Source: Okamejei kenojei (taxonomy: Eukaryota). Taken from it: DNA of 64,000 nucleotides. Under the pieces are notes generated by a model. That model was not told where the DNA came from, did not search any database, and saw nothing but the letters and a program-made list of their open reading frames with translations. Positions 25,498-38,623 of this stretch are shown piece by piece; the first letter of the stretch is position 1, and each line of letters opens with the position of its first letter. The position numbers were made by a program, and so were the translations under genes. The stretch spans positions 50,902,001-50,966,000 of the forward strand of contig CM069139.1 in the NCBI GenBank assembly GCA_035221665.1. The letters are read 5' to 3'.

Positions 25498-27682
25498 AAA
25501 TGCCGCTGATCGCGCGGGCTGGCAAACCGGGGACACATGGCGCCGGCGTTCTCACGGGAGGAACACCGGCGCGGCGGTGTTCCGTAACAGCATGTTTGGC
25601 TGCCGGAACACCGTAAAAAAGTTATTTCGCCGGGATAAAATACGGCGAATCCGGGACACTTGGCATCTCTGGTATTAAGGTGTGTCTTACGTTAATTGAA
25701 CATTTATGCACATTTAATAAATTTCTTTGGAAATTTTTATACTTAATTCTTTTTCCCAGTCTCTCCTGATACCTTCTGTTATTGGTATTTCTGCATTTAG
25801 AATATATTATATATATATTATTATATACATATATATATGATATTAGGTTTGCTGATTCAGCCTTTGTATTCATTACTTCTTCCAGTAAGTCTGGAGGCAT
25901 ATTGTGATAATCTTGTGCGTATTTTTTCAGATAGTCACAAATTTGGAAATATTTAAAATACTGATTGTTTCCCAAATTGTATTTTAGTTGTAATTGTTTA
26001 AATGATAATAGTTTTCCCGTTTCATACAAATCTCCGAAGGTTTTAATTCCGGCTCTTTCCCATTGTATAAATGCTTTATCTATAATTGAAGATTTAAACG
26101 AAGGGTTTGTACCGATAGGAGATAAGAGAGATAAATTTCTTAATTTTAAGTTGTGTTTTATTTGTTTCCAAATTCTAATTGTACTGTGTATAATTGGATT
26201 TTTGTTGTAATTTGTATTATTCATCATCATTGGTGAAAGAAGGATCGCTCCAATATTACAAGGAGAGCAGTCCTCTTTCTCCATAATAATCCAATCCGGC
26301 TGCTGGGGAGAGTTATCCAGCAATTGGATCATATTTCTAATATTTACAGACCAGTAGTAATACATGAAATTGGGGAGTGCTAATCCCCCTACTACTTTGG
26401 GTTTATTCAGATGAGCTCTTTGTATTCTGTGGGTTGTATAATCCCAAATAAAATTTGTGATATCTAAGTCCAGTTTTTTTAAAAACTTTTTGGGTAAGTA
26501 TATTGGAATTGATTGGAACAGGTATAAAATCTGTGGTAGAAAAATCATTTTTATGGCGTTTATTCGGCCTATTAAGGACATCGGAAGCATTTTCCAAAAT
26601 TTAATCAAGTTATATAGTTTCTTAAGTAGAGGGTTATAATTGCGTCAAACATGTCTTGTTATCTTCTAGTGATTTCGATACCCAAGTATTTAAATTTTTC
26701 CATAGCTATTTTAAAAGGAAACTGTAAAAGATGTGTAGAATCTTTTGGTTTTATTGACATGATTTCGCTTTTATTCCAATTTATTCTATATCCTGAAAAT
26801 GATTCAAAGTCCTCTATTAAGTTATTTGGTATAGTAATATGAGGTTTTGGTATACTATGATGAGGTTTTGTGTTGGAATATTTTGTTTTATATCCATGGA
26901 TATTCAGATGAGTTCTAATTCTTTCCGCTAGGGGTTCAATTATGAGAGCAAATAACAGCGGTGATAGTGAACATCCTTGTCTATTACTCCTTGACAATTG
27001 AAATTTCGTAGATAAATTATTGTTAGTTAATATTCTGCCCATTGGTTTATTATATAATAATTGAATCCCTAGAATGAAATTCTCTCCCAGTTGAAATTTT
27101 TGCAATACCCTGACCATATAATCCCATTCGACCTGATCAAATGCTTTCTCTGTATCCAACGATATGATTGATAGTTTTTGATCTTCAGTTTGGTGTGAAT
27201 GCATTATATTGAGCAGACGTCCAAATTATTAAATGATTGTCTCTTAGGGATAAACCCCGTTTGATCCGGATTAAATAAGTTTTTGAAAAGTGTTTTCGCC
27301 TTGACTGTTCTGGCAAGTTTAGGGGCCTGACTTAGCAAACAGATTTAGCAAACAAATATCAAACATTATTTTTTCATGTGATACTCTTAATGCGAAGACA
27401 ATATTTTTTTTGCAAAATCTTCCCTCATCGTTAATAATGCATTTTCATTACAACAATGCCTTTGAATTAAATCTACACTATTATTAACAGATGTATTAAG
27501 CAATGTTTTTTTTAAATCCTGGAAACATTCAGTTCAAACTCCTTTTGTAACAATTATATGGAACAAAATTATTGTATCCTGACACAAGTTTTCCTTTAAA
27601 ATGTTTTACATCCCAGTGAAAATAAATGCATCTTCTTTTGCTATATTTAACTAATTGTTTCAGAATACGATATAAAGTTTAC

Positions 27683-27895
27683 CTGATTGCTGTCCACCAT
27701 AACTGCATGGGAACTGTACAGACAGACAGAGCTGCATGCAGATTTGAGTCTTCCCTGCTGAACTCTCTCCAGCAATTTCTGTAATTCCCATTAATGGAAT
27801 TCCACCTCCCAGTAGCATGTCCAATATTGGGCAACCCATGCTAAGTCTTTGATTCTGGATTGGAAAAGGACATTGTCCATTGTACATCTGGAGGG
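27683..27895 (-). CDS. XRCC3: XRCC3 coding exon 3, Walker A (GESSAGKT)
   Basis: 213 nt, cag/gtaaac borders; [32 protein letters not shown], typical RAD51-paralogue P-loop. Confidence 0.96.
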
Positions 27896-28290
27896 CTGAG
27901 GAATGAACAGCTGTATTATTACATACTTCCTTGTTATTTATATTTCCCTCCATTTAGTTTCTAGCCATGAGAATATGCGGAAAAGCAAATAATCCATGTA
28001 TTGCTTGGGTTTGGAAGACTAAATCAACTCACTAGGTAAGATTTCTTCCCTTCTGCCTTCCAATTCCCCACTTACAGAAGAATGAACAAACTCAAGAGAA
28101 ATAAGTGCTTGTGGAAGATCCACATCTAAACCGCATGCATGAATGTTTCAATATGCAATGAACCTTTGGTTTTAAATAAATAATCCAGGTTACTGAACCT
28201 ATCGCATACCTCCATCAGTTTGCTACTTCTGGAGTACGGGTTAAGTTCTTCTCCCTAGTCCAAAGACACTTACCAAAGTCTATCATGGTT

Positions 28291-28632
28291 AATGTTTAAG
28301 AAGGAACTGCAGATGCTGGAAAATCGAAGGTAGACAAAAATGCTGGAGAAACTCAGCGGGTGAGGCAGCATCTATTGAGCGAAGGAAATAGGAGAGAAGG
28401 AGAACTTCTTCAAAGTAGGTATACATTGAGGAGATTTCGCAGTGGAGTAGACAAAATGTTTAAGAAGGAACTGCAGATGCTGGAAAATCGCAGGTAGACA
28501 AAAATGCTGGAGAAACTCAGTGGGTGAGGCAGCATCTATGGAGCAAAGGAAACAGGAGAGGAGGAGAACTTCTACAAAGTAGGCATACCTTGAGGATATT
28601 TCGCAGTGGAGTAGACAAAATGTTTAAGAAGG
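28291..28632. repeat. 164-bp tandem repeat (2 units + 14 bp) containing the Penelope-derived repeat
   Basis: AATGTTTAAGAAGG at 28291, 28455, 28619. Confidence 0.88.
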
Positions 28633-29429
28633 TCCTTCATGGAGTACTTAATTATTCCAGTTTACATTTATTGGTACTTTCCTAACCCTCAATACTGGAA
28701 AAAGTTACTGAATGTACCATATCCAGGGAATCTGTTTCATAAATTTACTACTGTTACAAAACAAATGTTAATGTTTTATTCAACATGGTTGTTCCATCCA
28801 TCATTTCTTTCCATTTTCCTATCTCAGCCTTGAAGGTGGAAACTTCCAATGTATTGTAGTTTGCGTGTTTTCCTTGCAAATGCTTGAGTTTTCAAGTTTC
28901 CTGATTTACTTCTACATTTTATAGACATAAATCGGTAGATTATTGGCCCCTGTAAATTGACTAGTTTATATTGGCCGCAGAATCGAGGAGGGGTGTGTGT
29001 AGAATAGGCTGCAGGGTGCTTTGTAAGCTGGCATTAACTGGATGGGCTGAATGCCCTCCTTCAATGTCATATGGAAATCTAAAATTAATATAATTTCCCA
29101 GTGCACATTGCAGAGGTCTACTAAACTACAAGAGAAGACATTGTTGAGCCAACCAATTATTTCTTGACAGCCATGTGGTGGTTCACAGAAGACTATCAAA
29201 ATAAAACAGTTGTTGATGAAGTCACATTTTGCTTGGGCACCAGGATTCCTTATAGCTCTCAATTTATGCAACTGCTTACTGACTTACTGAGCAGACTGGA
29301 TTCAAACTTTATATACGGTTGAATAACACCCTAAATAGTGTATTTTGGAGACTAGCCTTCCCTAGTTTCTTGTTTACTTTTCATTTAACAATCTATTTCT
29401 ATTTACAAATACTATCAAAGTCTCGTGAC

Positions 29430-30130
29430 CAGCAATGGCTGCCTCGCCAACAGTCTGTCCTTTCCTTCTTTGTGTTTAATAGTAGTATGTGTTAAATGTA
29501 AGTTTTTAGTGCTCTTTAGCTTGTTTTATGTGGGGGGGTGATGGGGGTTGGGGGAACATTTTTCTAATCTTGGAGGTGTGATTTTCTTCCATATCATATC
29601 TCTGTCCGCACTGCGGCCTAACAATGAGGAATTAAGGCCTTTGCTGGAGACCGATTTTGAGAGCTCCACCACAGGTGCCTACGGGACTTTAACATCGCGG
29701 AGCCCGCGATCCCTTTGCTAGGGATCGACCTCGGAAGTCCAACCGTGGGTGCTTGCGGACTTAACATCACGGAGTCCGCGGTCTCTGGTCAGAGACCGAG
29801 TTTGGGAACTCCAAGCCGCGGAAGTTTTGATTGCAACAACGTAGGAATTTCGATCGCCCCAGCATGGGAGTTTCGATCGCCCGATGCGGGAGCTTCAGCC
29901 GCCGGCTGCGGGAGCTTCGATCGCCCCCGACAGATAGTTCGACTGCCCCGACCGTGGAAGAATAAAGAGGAAGAAGATTACACTTTTTTGTCTTCCATCA
30001 CAGTGAGTGCTGTGGTGGATGTTTATGTTAATTTTTATGTAGTTGTGTGACGTTGCTTTTTTTTCGTATGGCTATATGGTAATTTGCATATCAATGTACC
30101 TGAATTGGTACATGTGAAAAGCCATTTGAA
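29430..30130 (+). mobile_element. Non-autonomous SINE-like element with a Rex-type tail
   Basis: Shares head, body and tail with the copy at ~48555-49020 (-). Confidence 0.55.
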
Positions 30131-30422
30131 ACCTAGTACCTATGAAGTCTTAAATCTCCTTAAATTACAGAAAGATAAACACCTCACACCAAGCTCTAGA
30201 ATAGCTCTTGCCATTCCCTGTATAAGGGAACATTCATGAAATGCTATCTGAACTTAATGCTGTTTAGCAGTTTTAAACAACCTACATGGTTCAAGATAAA
30301 AAATAATCACTGAAAATGTTGATATTTTCAATGCATATCATAAGTTCATCTTGAAAATGTCAGTGACATTTGATCTCAGTCCTACAAAGATTTTGAGGAA
30401 TACTATTTATTTTTTCACCCAC

Positions 30423-30560
30423 CTGTTACCACTGGATCACTCTTTGTTGCCACAGCAACAGTTTTATGCAAATACTGCACATCGCGATTGGACAGTTTAG
30501 TAAGTCGCTGCAGATCCGGTCCCGATAAGCTCAAGATCTCTTTCATTGATTGGATGTTTG
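30423..30560 (-). CDS. XRCC3: XRCC3 coding exon 2 (ANIQSMKEILSLSGPDLQRLTKLS...VVT)
   Basis: 138 nt, cag/gtgggt borders, phase 1-1; SGPDLxRLT motif. Confidence 0.93.
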
Positions 30561-31999
30561 CTGCAGGAAAAAGATAGGTCTTTACAAAAAGCATTGCAAG
30601 TCACATGACTACAATTATCAGGTTTAAAAGCTAAGGTAATATACAGTACATCATATGAAGGGGGCATGCTCCTTGTCATCCCTACCAGAATTTTCTGTAA
30701 TGCCAACCCTTGATAACAATTGACAAAATGTGTTGTTTCTTTTGTAGTTTGGTTTATTTAATTACTTTCTCTTACAGTAATTCCACAAGAGGGAATTTTC
30801 ATTCCATATGTCCATTTTTTTGGGAGTATTTGAGATATTTTACCCAAACCGCTGTAACGCGGTGGTACGTTATAATGTTTCCATTCAACCAAGTAAAATA
30901 CATGAACACAGTATTTTCTAACAGGCTACCACATATCCCAAAGTAATATACACGTCGAAAGAGGAATTGCAAAAAATATTAGTTAAATACAATTTTAAAA
31001 TCTGTAATTGTAAAAATGCAGCACTTGTCCCAGAATCTTGCAAGCCTAACATTTTCCTTCAGGAGTTACCTGGAAGCAACAGTATCGTTGGGAAAGTAAC
31101 CCAGGGAAGTTAGAAAATGTACATTTGAATTAATGCATCAGATGAATGTCCACAGACATGCCTGTAGTCTAAAACCATCCTCTTGTGGCAACGTGATTAA
31201 TCCTCAAAATTTATAGTCATTTTGAATAGGAGCTTTAACACATATTTTGTATGATTTTCCAACCATTCACCTTACCATCAAAGGGATCTATAGGAGGCGC
31301 TGCTTTATAGGCACAAGGTATAAACCCACACCACTCTGGCCATGCTCTCATTTCACCCCTGCCATCAGGAAGAAGGTACATGAGTCTAAAAACTAATGAA
31401 CAGATTGAGGAACACAGTCTTCCTAACAATCATCAGGCTACTGAACACTACGATTTCCAACTAAACTTCAAATTGCACTAGGATCTTTGGCCGTTGTTTT
31501 GTTGTGCAATTTATTGTTTATTTATTTATTTATTGAACATTTTTTAAAAAAATTATATTATCTATTGAATACTGTGTTTACAAGCCTGTTGTGCTGCTGC
31601 AAGTAAGAATGTTATTGTTCTGTTTTTGTACATTTGGCAATAAAACACTCGGCTCTTGTAAGCTAAGTGTTTACTGGCTGTACTGGTTTTTAATGTTAAC
31701 ATCATTAATCAAATAGGCTACAAAGGAAATACACTTATATTTTAAAAAAATGCATGTTTTGTTAAAAATGTATATTCTGAGATGATGTGCTTTTCATAAA
31801 TTCAAAACTTTAAAGGCATGTTGAATTTCTAAATGAATTATTATCCATGAATCCAGCACATGGCCTGTTCTTTTGAAGAGCACTATTCAGCACCCTAATA
31901 TTAAAGATAATTTTGGGCAGATCATTAAAAAGATAGGTAAGTGCAGGCCATTTCCAATCCCAGCTATATAAAATAACTATTTAGACTAATCATTTCCCC

Positions 32000-33120
32000 A
32001 GCTCCTGATCTGTAGCCTCTGGATTTTAGCATATGACTTGCTGATTTAAGTCAAGGATGAAATAGCTTGGCCCTGACATAGACTTTTCATCTTCTTTAGT
32101 CACAGGTGAAATACAGGAGGCTGGAGAAAAACTTGTTGTTTCTTTATTTGAGAAGAACAGCAGAGATAAGACAGGTAATTACAGGCTAATTACTCTTTTG
32201 TCATGGGTAGGGAAATTACTGGCGAAAATCCCAAAGGATATGATTTGTGTATATTTGGAAAGGTAAGGTCTGATCGGGGATAATTAGCATGGCTTTGTAC
32301 TGAAGAAATCCTATCTTACTAATTTGATTGACTCTTTTTGTGGAGGTAACAATAAAGAATGATAAAAGGTGGCAAACATTATCAATATGGACTTTAGTAG
32401 GGCATTTGACAAGATCCTAAATGTAGGGTAGCCCAGAAAGTAAAGGCACATGGGATCCAATGCAAGCTGGGTAACAGGGTCCAAAATCAGGTTGGTGATA
32501 GGAGGCTGAGGGTAGTGTTTTTGTGATGGAGGTTTATGATCTGTGGTGTACTGCAGAACATGGTGCTGGATCCCTTGTGTTTGTAATGATTGTTATGAAC
32601 TTTGAATGCTAGAGATATTAATGGAAAGTTTCTCATGACAAAAAAGATGTCAGTGTTGTGGATAGTGAGGAAATTTGTACAAGGCTACTGTAGGTTATGA
32701 AATATACATGGTTGATAATTTACATTAATGGTAGAGTGATAAGTAACGTTGATGAAGAGAGTGTAGGTTTTAATCCATAATTCAGTAAAAATGGCAACAT
32801 TTGTTGATAGTATGGTGAAGGCATTTGGCATGCTTGCCTTCATAGGTCACGGCAAAGAACACAAAAGTTGGGAAATTATGTTGCAACTTTATAGACCACA
32901 CTTGAAACAGTTGTGTGCAGTTCTGTGAACATTGGGAATGAGGTGGTTGCGTTAGAGTGTGTGTGCAGAAGAGATTCACCTATTTGCCTGGTTGCTGCCT
33001 GCATTGGAGGCCTTTAGTTATGGAGAGAGATTGGATAGGCTGGTTCAAAAGAGGCCGAGTAGTTGGGGGGAAAAAAAACTTTAACAAAAAATAGACAGAG
33101 TGGTTGATATCTGAATAGAG
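32000..33120 (+). mobile_element. Old degraded CR1 LINE
   Basis: Remnants of NYR, QHGF, KSCLTNL, DFSKAFD motifs with many stops. Confidence 0.7.
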
Positions 33121-33154
33121 GTGGTGCTGGAAGATACAGGCGCATAAGAATATA

Positions 33155-33540
33155 GAAACAAAGAATTGCAGAAGATAGACACAAACAGCTGGAGTAACTC
33201 AGTGAGTCAAACAGTATCACTGGAGAAAAGGAATAGGTGACGTTTCGCATCGAGATCCTTCTTCAGACTTCCTGCAGTTCCTTCTAGCAGTCTGAAGAAA
33301 GGTCTCGACCCAAAATGTCACCTATTCCTTTTCTCCAGAGATGCTGTCTAACCCGCTGAGTTACTCCAGCTTTTTGCATTTATCTTAGGTTTAAACCAAC
33401 ATCTGCAGTTCCTTCCTACACAAAGAATTGCAGATGCTGGTTAATACACAATAGGACACAAAGCGCTGGAGTAACTCAGCAGGCCAGAAAGCATCTCTGG
33501 AGATGGTGGACAGGTGACATTTAGGGTCAAGACCCGAAAT
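33155..33540. mobile_element. Cluster of three Penelope-derived repeats in inverted and direct arrangement
   Basis: Repeated ctggagtaactcag and agtctgaagaaaggtctcgaccc blocks. Confidence 0.75.
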
Positions 33541-34679
33541 AATATAGATTTAATGTCAGCAAATAGGGTTAGTGTGGATGGACAAAGTGCGTCAGCACAG
33601 ATGTGGTGAGCCAAATGGTCTGTTATTCGCACTTAGAGATGTATGTACAGCAAAGTACCATGGTGGTGGGGTCTCTCATTGTGCCTCTCATTGTGCTTTT
33701 CGCGGGGCAAATTCCAGATCTTTATTAAGGAGAAAAAATCCAACTCTTTTCCTTTTACCTCAAATTCTTGTACCCTAATTTACTCAGCAATATGCTTTTT
33801 TTCTGTTCTATTCATATGGATATCATAACATTACATATCTAGACTAAACTTCCCCCTCAGTCTTCCTTCTTTGAAAAATATTAATATATACCAACTTCAA
33901 ACACTCAACGGGTCAGACAAAATCTGTGAAATCCAAAACAGTGTTTCAAATTGAAGATCCTTCAGTCTTTGAAGAATCTTCAATTCAAAACATTAACCCT
34001 GTTTCTCTTAACAATGGCACCACCGGAGCTGTTGAGTGTAGTCGATATTTTCTGTTTTTATTTCAGATTTCCCGCATCTCCTTTGATTTACAATATGTTT
34101 AATTGTGCATCCTTATCGTATCAATCTACTCAATGTGACAGATTGAAACACCTTTCGGTATTAGACACAGTCCTCATCAGTGCCAGTTTGGGTTTGCACT
34201 TTAATTTGCTCCATTTAAGCTTCAGCAGAAGGTGCAGAAACCAGCATCTGCAGAAACCTGACTCCAGACTTAGGAATAGCTTCTTCCCGTTATCAGGCTT
34301 CTGAATGGTCCTTCCATAAGTTAGGCTACTGTCCAATTCACCACTACCTCTTGTAAACATTGGACTTTTGTCTATGAAACTGATGCCCTACAATCCTGAG
34401 AACTATATTCTACACTCTGTATCTACCCATTTGTTCTATCTATTGCTCTTGAGTTTGAGCTGATTGTGTCTATATATGGTATATCTGATCGGTTTGGATA
34501 GCATTCAATACAATGCTTTTCACGACATCTCAGTACGACAATAATAAATCTAAACCTGTGAAAATACATGGTGCAATACCAGGTACAATGCTCAAGTCAA
34601 GTGGCAATCGAGAGGCAAGAGTGTTTTATATTCATGTGTCCCGAAATGGAGCAAAGACAAAAACAATGTGCCCAATTCT

Positions 34680-34757
34680 CTCGACCCGAAACGTCGCCTA
34701 TCTCCTTCGCTCCTTAGATGCTGCTGCACCCGCTGAGTTTCTTCAGCCTTTTGTGTC
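34680..34757 (+). mobile_element. Young Penelope-derived short insertion
   Basis: Flanked by CCCAATTCT at 34671-34679 and 34758-34766. Confidence 0.75.
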
Positions 34758-34890
34758 CCCAATTCTATGTAGTTTGGAGCTTATTTGGAGGTTGTAGTGC
34801 AGGGCTAGGCAAATGCTGGTTAATACACAATACACCCCTTTTCTTCTCAGATTTCCAGCAATCTTTTATACAAAAGAGAGCAGCACTGAC

Positions 34891-34945
34891 CTTTTCTAAC
34901 TGCAGCCACTACTTTGGGGTTGAGGTCCAGCTGCCGCCAGTCCAT
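34891..34945 (-). CDS. XRCC3: XRCC3 coding exon 1 (MDWRQLDLNPKVVAAVRK)
   Basis: ATG at 34945, 55 nt, donor G|gtcagt; resembles human MDLDLLDLNPRIIAAIKK. Confidence 0.93.
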
Positions 34946-35090
34946 CCCGGGCCCGACCTCCCGCGCAGGTCGCTAACGGACGCAGCGCGCGCCGGCTCAC
35001 GTGCCGCGCCATGTGCGAGCTCTCCGCCAATCCGCGGGCGGTGGCCGGGCCGGGGCGGGGCCGGGCCGGGCCGGGCCGAAAGGTCGCCTC
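34946..35090 (-). promoter_or_regulatory. CpG-rich putative XRCC3 promoter/5'UTR
   Basis: GC/CpG-rich stretch directly upstream of the ATG with GGGGCGGGG GC box, CCAAT and CACGTG E-box. Confidence 0.6.
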
Positions 35091-35342
35091 CCCTCAGATG
35101 CTGCCTGACCCGCGGGATTGCTGCCGCGTTCTATCTTTCTCCTTGCAAACCAGCATCTGCAGCTCATTGTGTGTAAAATCACAGGATATTGTGTTGATAG
35201 CAGGGCCACATACTCTGGTCGAAACTTGTGCGGTTGCATTCCATGGTCCGTAAGCATTACAGCCATCCCAAAATACCAGTGTTTGGACTGTCCGTTTCCC
35301 TCCACATTTTCTGCCTCAACCGCCGAGCTCCTCCAGCACAGT

Positions 35343-35432
35343 CTGAAGAAGGGTTTCGGCCCGAAACGTTGCCTATTTCCTTCGCTCCATAGATGCTGCT
35401 GCACCTGCTGAGTTTCTCCAGCACTTTCGTCT
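35343..35432 (+). mobile_element. Young Penelope-derived short insertion with hammerhead-like core
   Basis: CTGAAGA-A-GGGT(TTCG)GCCC-GAAAC-GTT; 14-bp TSD TCCTCCAGCACAGT at 35329-35342 and 35433-35446. Confidence 0.85.
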
Positions 35433-35446
35433 TCCTCCAGCACAGT

Positions 35447-37765
35447 ATTGTATTGTATATCTTTATTATCATTTTTCCTGAGTACTTACATACCCAGAGG
35501 AAACGAAAAAACGTTGCTCAACCAGTGTCCATTCAGTGTGCGGTAAAAAATAAATAGAAATAAAAAATAAAAATACATATATCATGAGTTCCAATCGGCA
35601 GCGGCACAACAATGGCTCTGCTTCAGTGTGTCCAGGTTGGTGCGCGATACTTTGGCAGGGGGCAAAGTCCGTTTATCAGTCTTATAGCCTGCGGGAAGAA
35701 GCTGAGGAGCATCCTGCTGGTTTTGCAGCTGATGCTCCTGTACCTCTTCCCAGATGGCAGGATGGAGAATATGTGATGCGATGGGTGGTAGGGGTCTTTG
35801 ATGATGGAGATTGCTCTGCTGATACATCTCTTCCTGTATATGTCCAGCAGGAAAGGGCGTGGAGCACCAATAATCCTGCTGGCGGTCTTCACAATCCTGT
35901 CCAGTTGGTGGGGGCCCCCCCCCCCCCCCCCCCGTTTGTACGCTTGCAGCTCCTGAACCAGGAAGTGATGCCGTAGTTAATGTGCTCTCGATTGTCCCCC
36001 TATAAAAGGTTTCGTAGGTGTGCAGTGGGGAGACCTGCTTTCCGTAGTCTAAAACGGAGAGGGTGTAGTCGCTGCTGGGGCTTTCTCTTGACCAGTGCTG
36101 TGGTGTTGATCGTGGATGTCAGGTCATCTGACAGGTTGGAGTCCTAGGAACTTCACACTGCTGATCCTTTCCACATCAGCTCCATTGATGTGCAGAGGTG
36201 TAATGGCATTGTTTTCCCGCCCTCCTGAAGTCAACCACCATCTCCTTCGTTTTCCCACGTTGAGAATGAGGTTGTGGGATTTGCACCATCCTGTGAGCAC
36301 TCCACCTCCATCCTGTACGCCGACTCATCATTGTCACTGATGAGACCCCACCACTGTTGTGTCGTCAGTGAACTTGTTTGATGAAGTTGTTGTTGAGTCT
36401 AGCAGTACAGTCGTGTGTAAGCAGACTAAATAACAGCAGGGGGCTTAGAACACAGCCTTGGGGCGAGCCAGTGCTCACAGCTATGGTTTTTGATGCCCTA
36501 CTACCCACCCTGACTGTCTGCTGCCGTTGCGATAGAAAGTTCAGGACCCAGTTACATGTGCCAGCATCAACCCCCAATAACTCCAACGTCTTCACCAGCT
36601 GCTGCGGAATGATTGTGTTAAAAGCAGAGCTGAAGTCTATGAAGAGGATCCTGGCATAAGTATTTTTCCGATCAAGGTGTGGCAGTACAAGGTTCAGTGC
36701 TGTTGAGACTGCATCCTCTGTGGATTGGTTGGCTCTGTAGGCGAACTGCAGTGGGTCTAGGGCGGCAGGTAAGCTATTTTTGATATGCTGCATAACCAGT
36801 CGCTCAAAACACTTAATTACTATGGGTGTTAGAGCCACTAGTCGAAAGTTATTATGGCAGACTGGGTTTGGTTTCTTCGGGACAGGAACGATGGTGGCAC
36901 TGTTAAGACAGTTGGGCACTACTGCCTGGCTGAGCGAGGTGTTAAAAATGTCTGTGAAGACATCTTTCAGTTGCTCGGCGCAGTCTCTTAGAACGCATCC
37001 AGGAATGTTGTCCGGCCCTGTGGCTTTGCGTGGGTTGATGCTGGTAAAGGCCTTTTTAACTCCGGCTGCGGACAGCCTGAGCGACTGGTCACTGGGAGAT
37101 GGCAGTAGTGCACGTGTCTGGGTGCTGTTTTTAACCTCAAACCGTGCATAGAACTCGTTCAGTTCATCTGGTAGAGAGGGGTCGTTTTGGCATATCTGCA
37201 GTGGGGGGGGGGGGCTTGTAGTCAGTGATGGTATGAAATCCCTGCCACAAGCTACGTGTGTCTTTGTCATTTGTGAAGTGACTATTAAGTTTTTGTCCAG
37301 ACAGCCTCTTCGCTTCCCTGATCCCCCGGGATAGGTTACTCCTTGCCAGTTTGTATGCTGCATTGTCTCCAGATTTAAATACAGCATTCCGGATTCTCAG
37401 TAGGGAACACACTTCCCCAGTTAGCCAAGGTTTCTGATTGGCACGCCTCCTGACGGTTTTTACCACTGTTACATCCTCGATGCAATTATTGATGTATCCG
37501 ATGACGGATTCTGTGTATTCTTGGAGGTTGATGCCACTGTCATCTGTTGCTGCCTCTCTGAAGATGGCCCACTGTGTGGTTTCGAAACAGTCCTGTAGTG
37601 CCTCGGTAGCTCCCTCTGGCCATGTTCTGATTTCTTTGACCGTTGGCCTGTCCTGTTTCATCCTGGGTCTGTATGCAGGTGTGAGCATAACCGCTAGGTG
37701 GTCAGAATTGCCGATATGGGGGAGGGGGCTGCTTTATATGCATCTTTAATGTTGGTCTAATTTGA
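35447..37765 (-). mobile_element. 5'-truncated Rex1/Babar-type LINE (endonuclease end + RT), frameshifted
   Basis: [64 protein letters not shown]; (CAATA)n-like tail. Confidence 0.88.
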
Positions 37766-38229
37766 TTCTTTAAAGCGTTACAGTGTGTCTTTAAAGCGTT
37801 ACAGCCACCCAAAATATAATTGTTTAGACATTGTCCATTTCCAGCCACATGTGCTGCCTAAACCACTGAGTGCCTTTAGCAAGTTGTATCTTTAAGCATT
37901 CTAAATATTATTGTTTTGAGACTGTACATTTGCTGCCTGAACCGCAGTTCCCCTGGCACTTTGTGTCCTTAAGCATTCTATCCATCCTCAATATCAGTGT
38001 TTTCAGAATGTCAATTTCCCTCCACATTTGCTGCTCCAAAACGGTGAGTTCCTCCAGCACTTTGCTTCTTGCGCACATTCCCTTTATTGTTTATTTGCTA
38101 GCCTGCAAACAAGGGTGGTGGCAGGAAGTGTTTCATAACACACAGGAATGGCAGAAGCAAAGATCCTAACGTGAAACGGAATTTGTCCGAGTCCCTGCTC
38201 TTCTTGGCCGCGAGAGGCAGGAATATTGA

Positions 38230-38623
<394 letters not shown>

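Larger units (their letters stand above)
24713..25671. mobile_element. hAT-type MITE with perfect 8-bp TSD
   Basis: TIR CAGAGATGCCAA / TTGGCATCTCTG; TSD GTATTAAG at 24705-24712 and 25672-25679. Confidence 0.92.
23870..27272 (-). mobile_element. 5'-truncated L1-clade LINE (ORF2 RT to 3' tail), frameshifted, interrupted by a MITE
   Basis: SLDTEKAFDQV, RQGCSLSPLLF, SGYRINWNKSE, KYLGI, SLIGRINAIKM, GGLALPN; A-rich tail near 23870-23900. Confidence 0.9.

Noticed and set aside
25622-27204. Long ORFs as a host gene or intact L1 ORF2
   Set aside because: 5'-truncated, frameshifted and MITE-interrupted L1
27896-27953. N-terminal part of the ORF-track XRCC3-like ORF ([10 protein letters not shown]...)
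   Set aside because: Intronic; the exon starts at the acceptor at 27895 in phase with exon 2
36365-37688. 340-aa and 174-aa ORFs as a functional reverse transcriptase gene
   Set aside because: Frameshifts at the poly-G run and at the catalytic FADD region; decayed LINE
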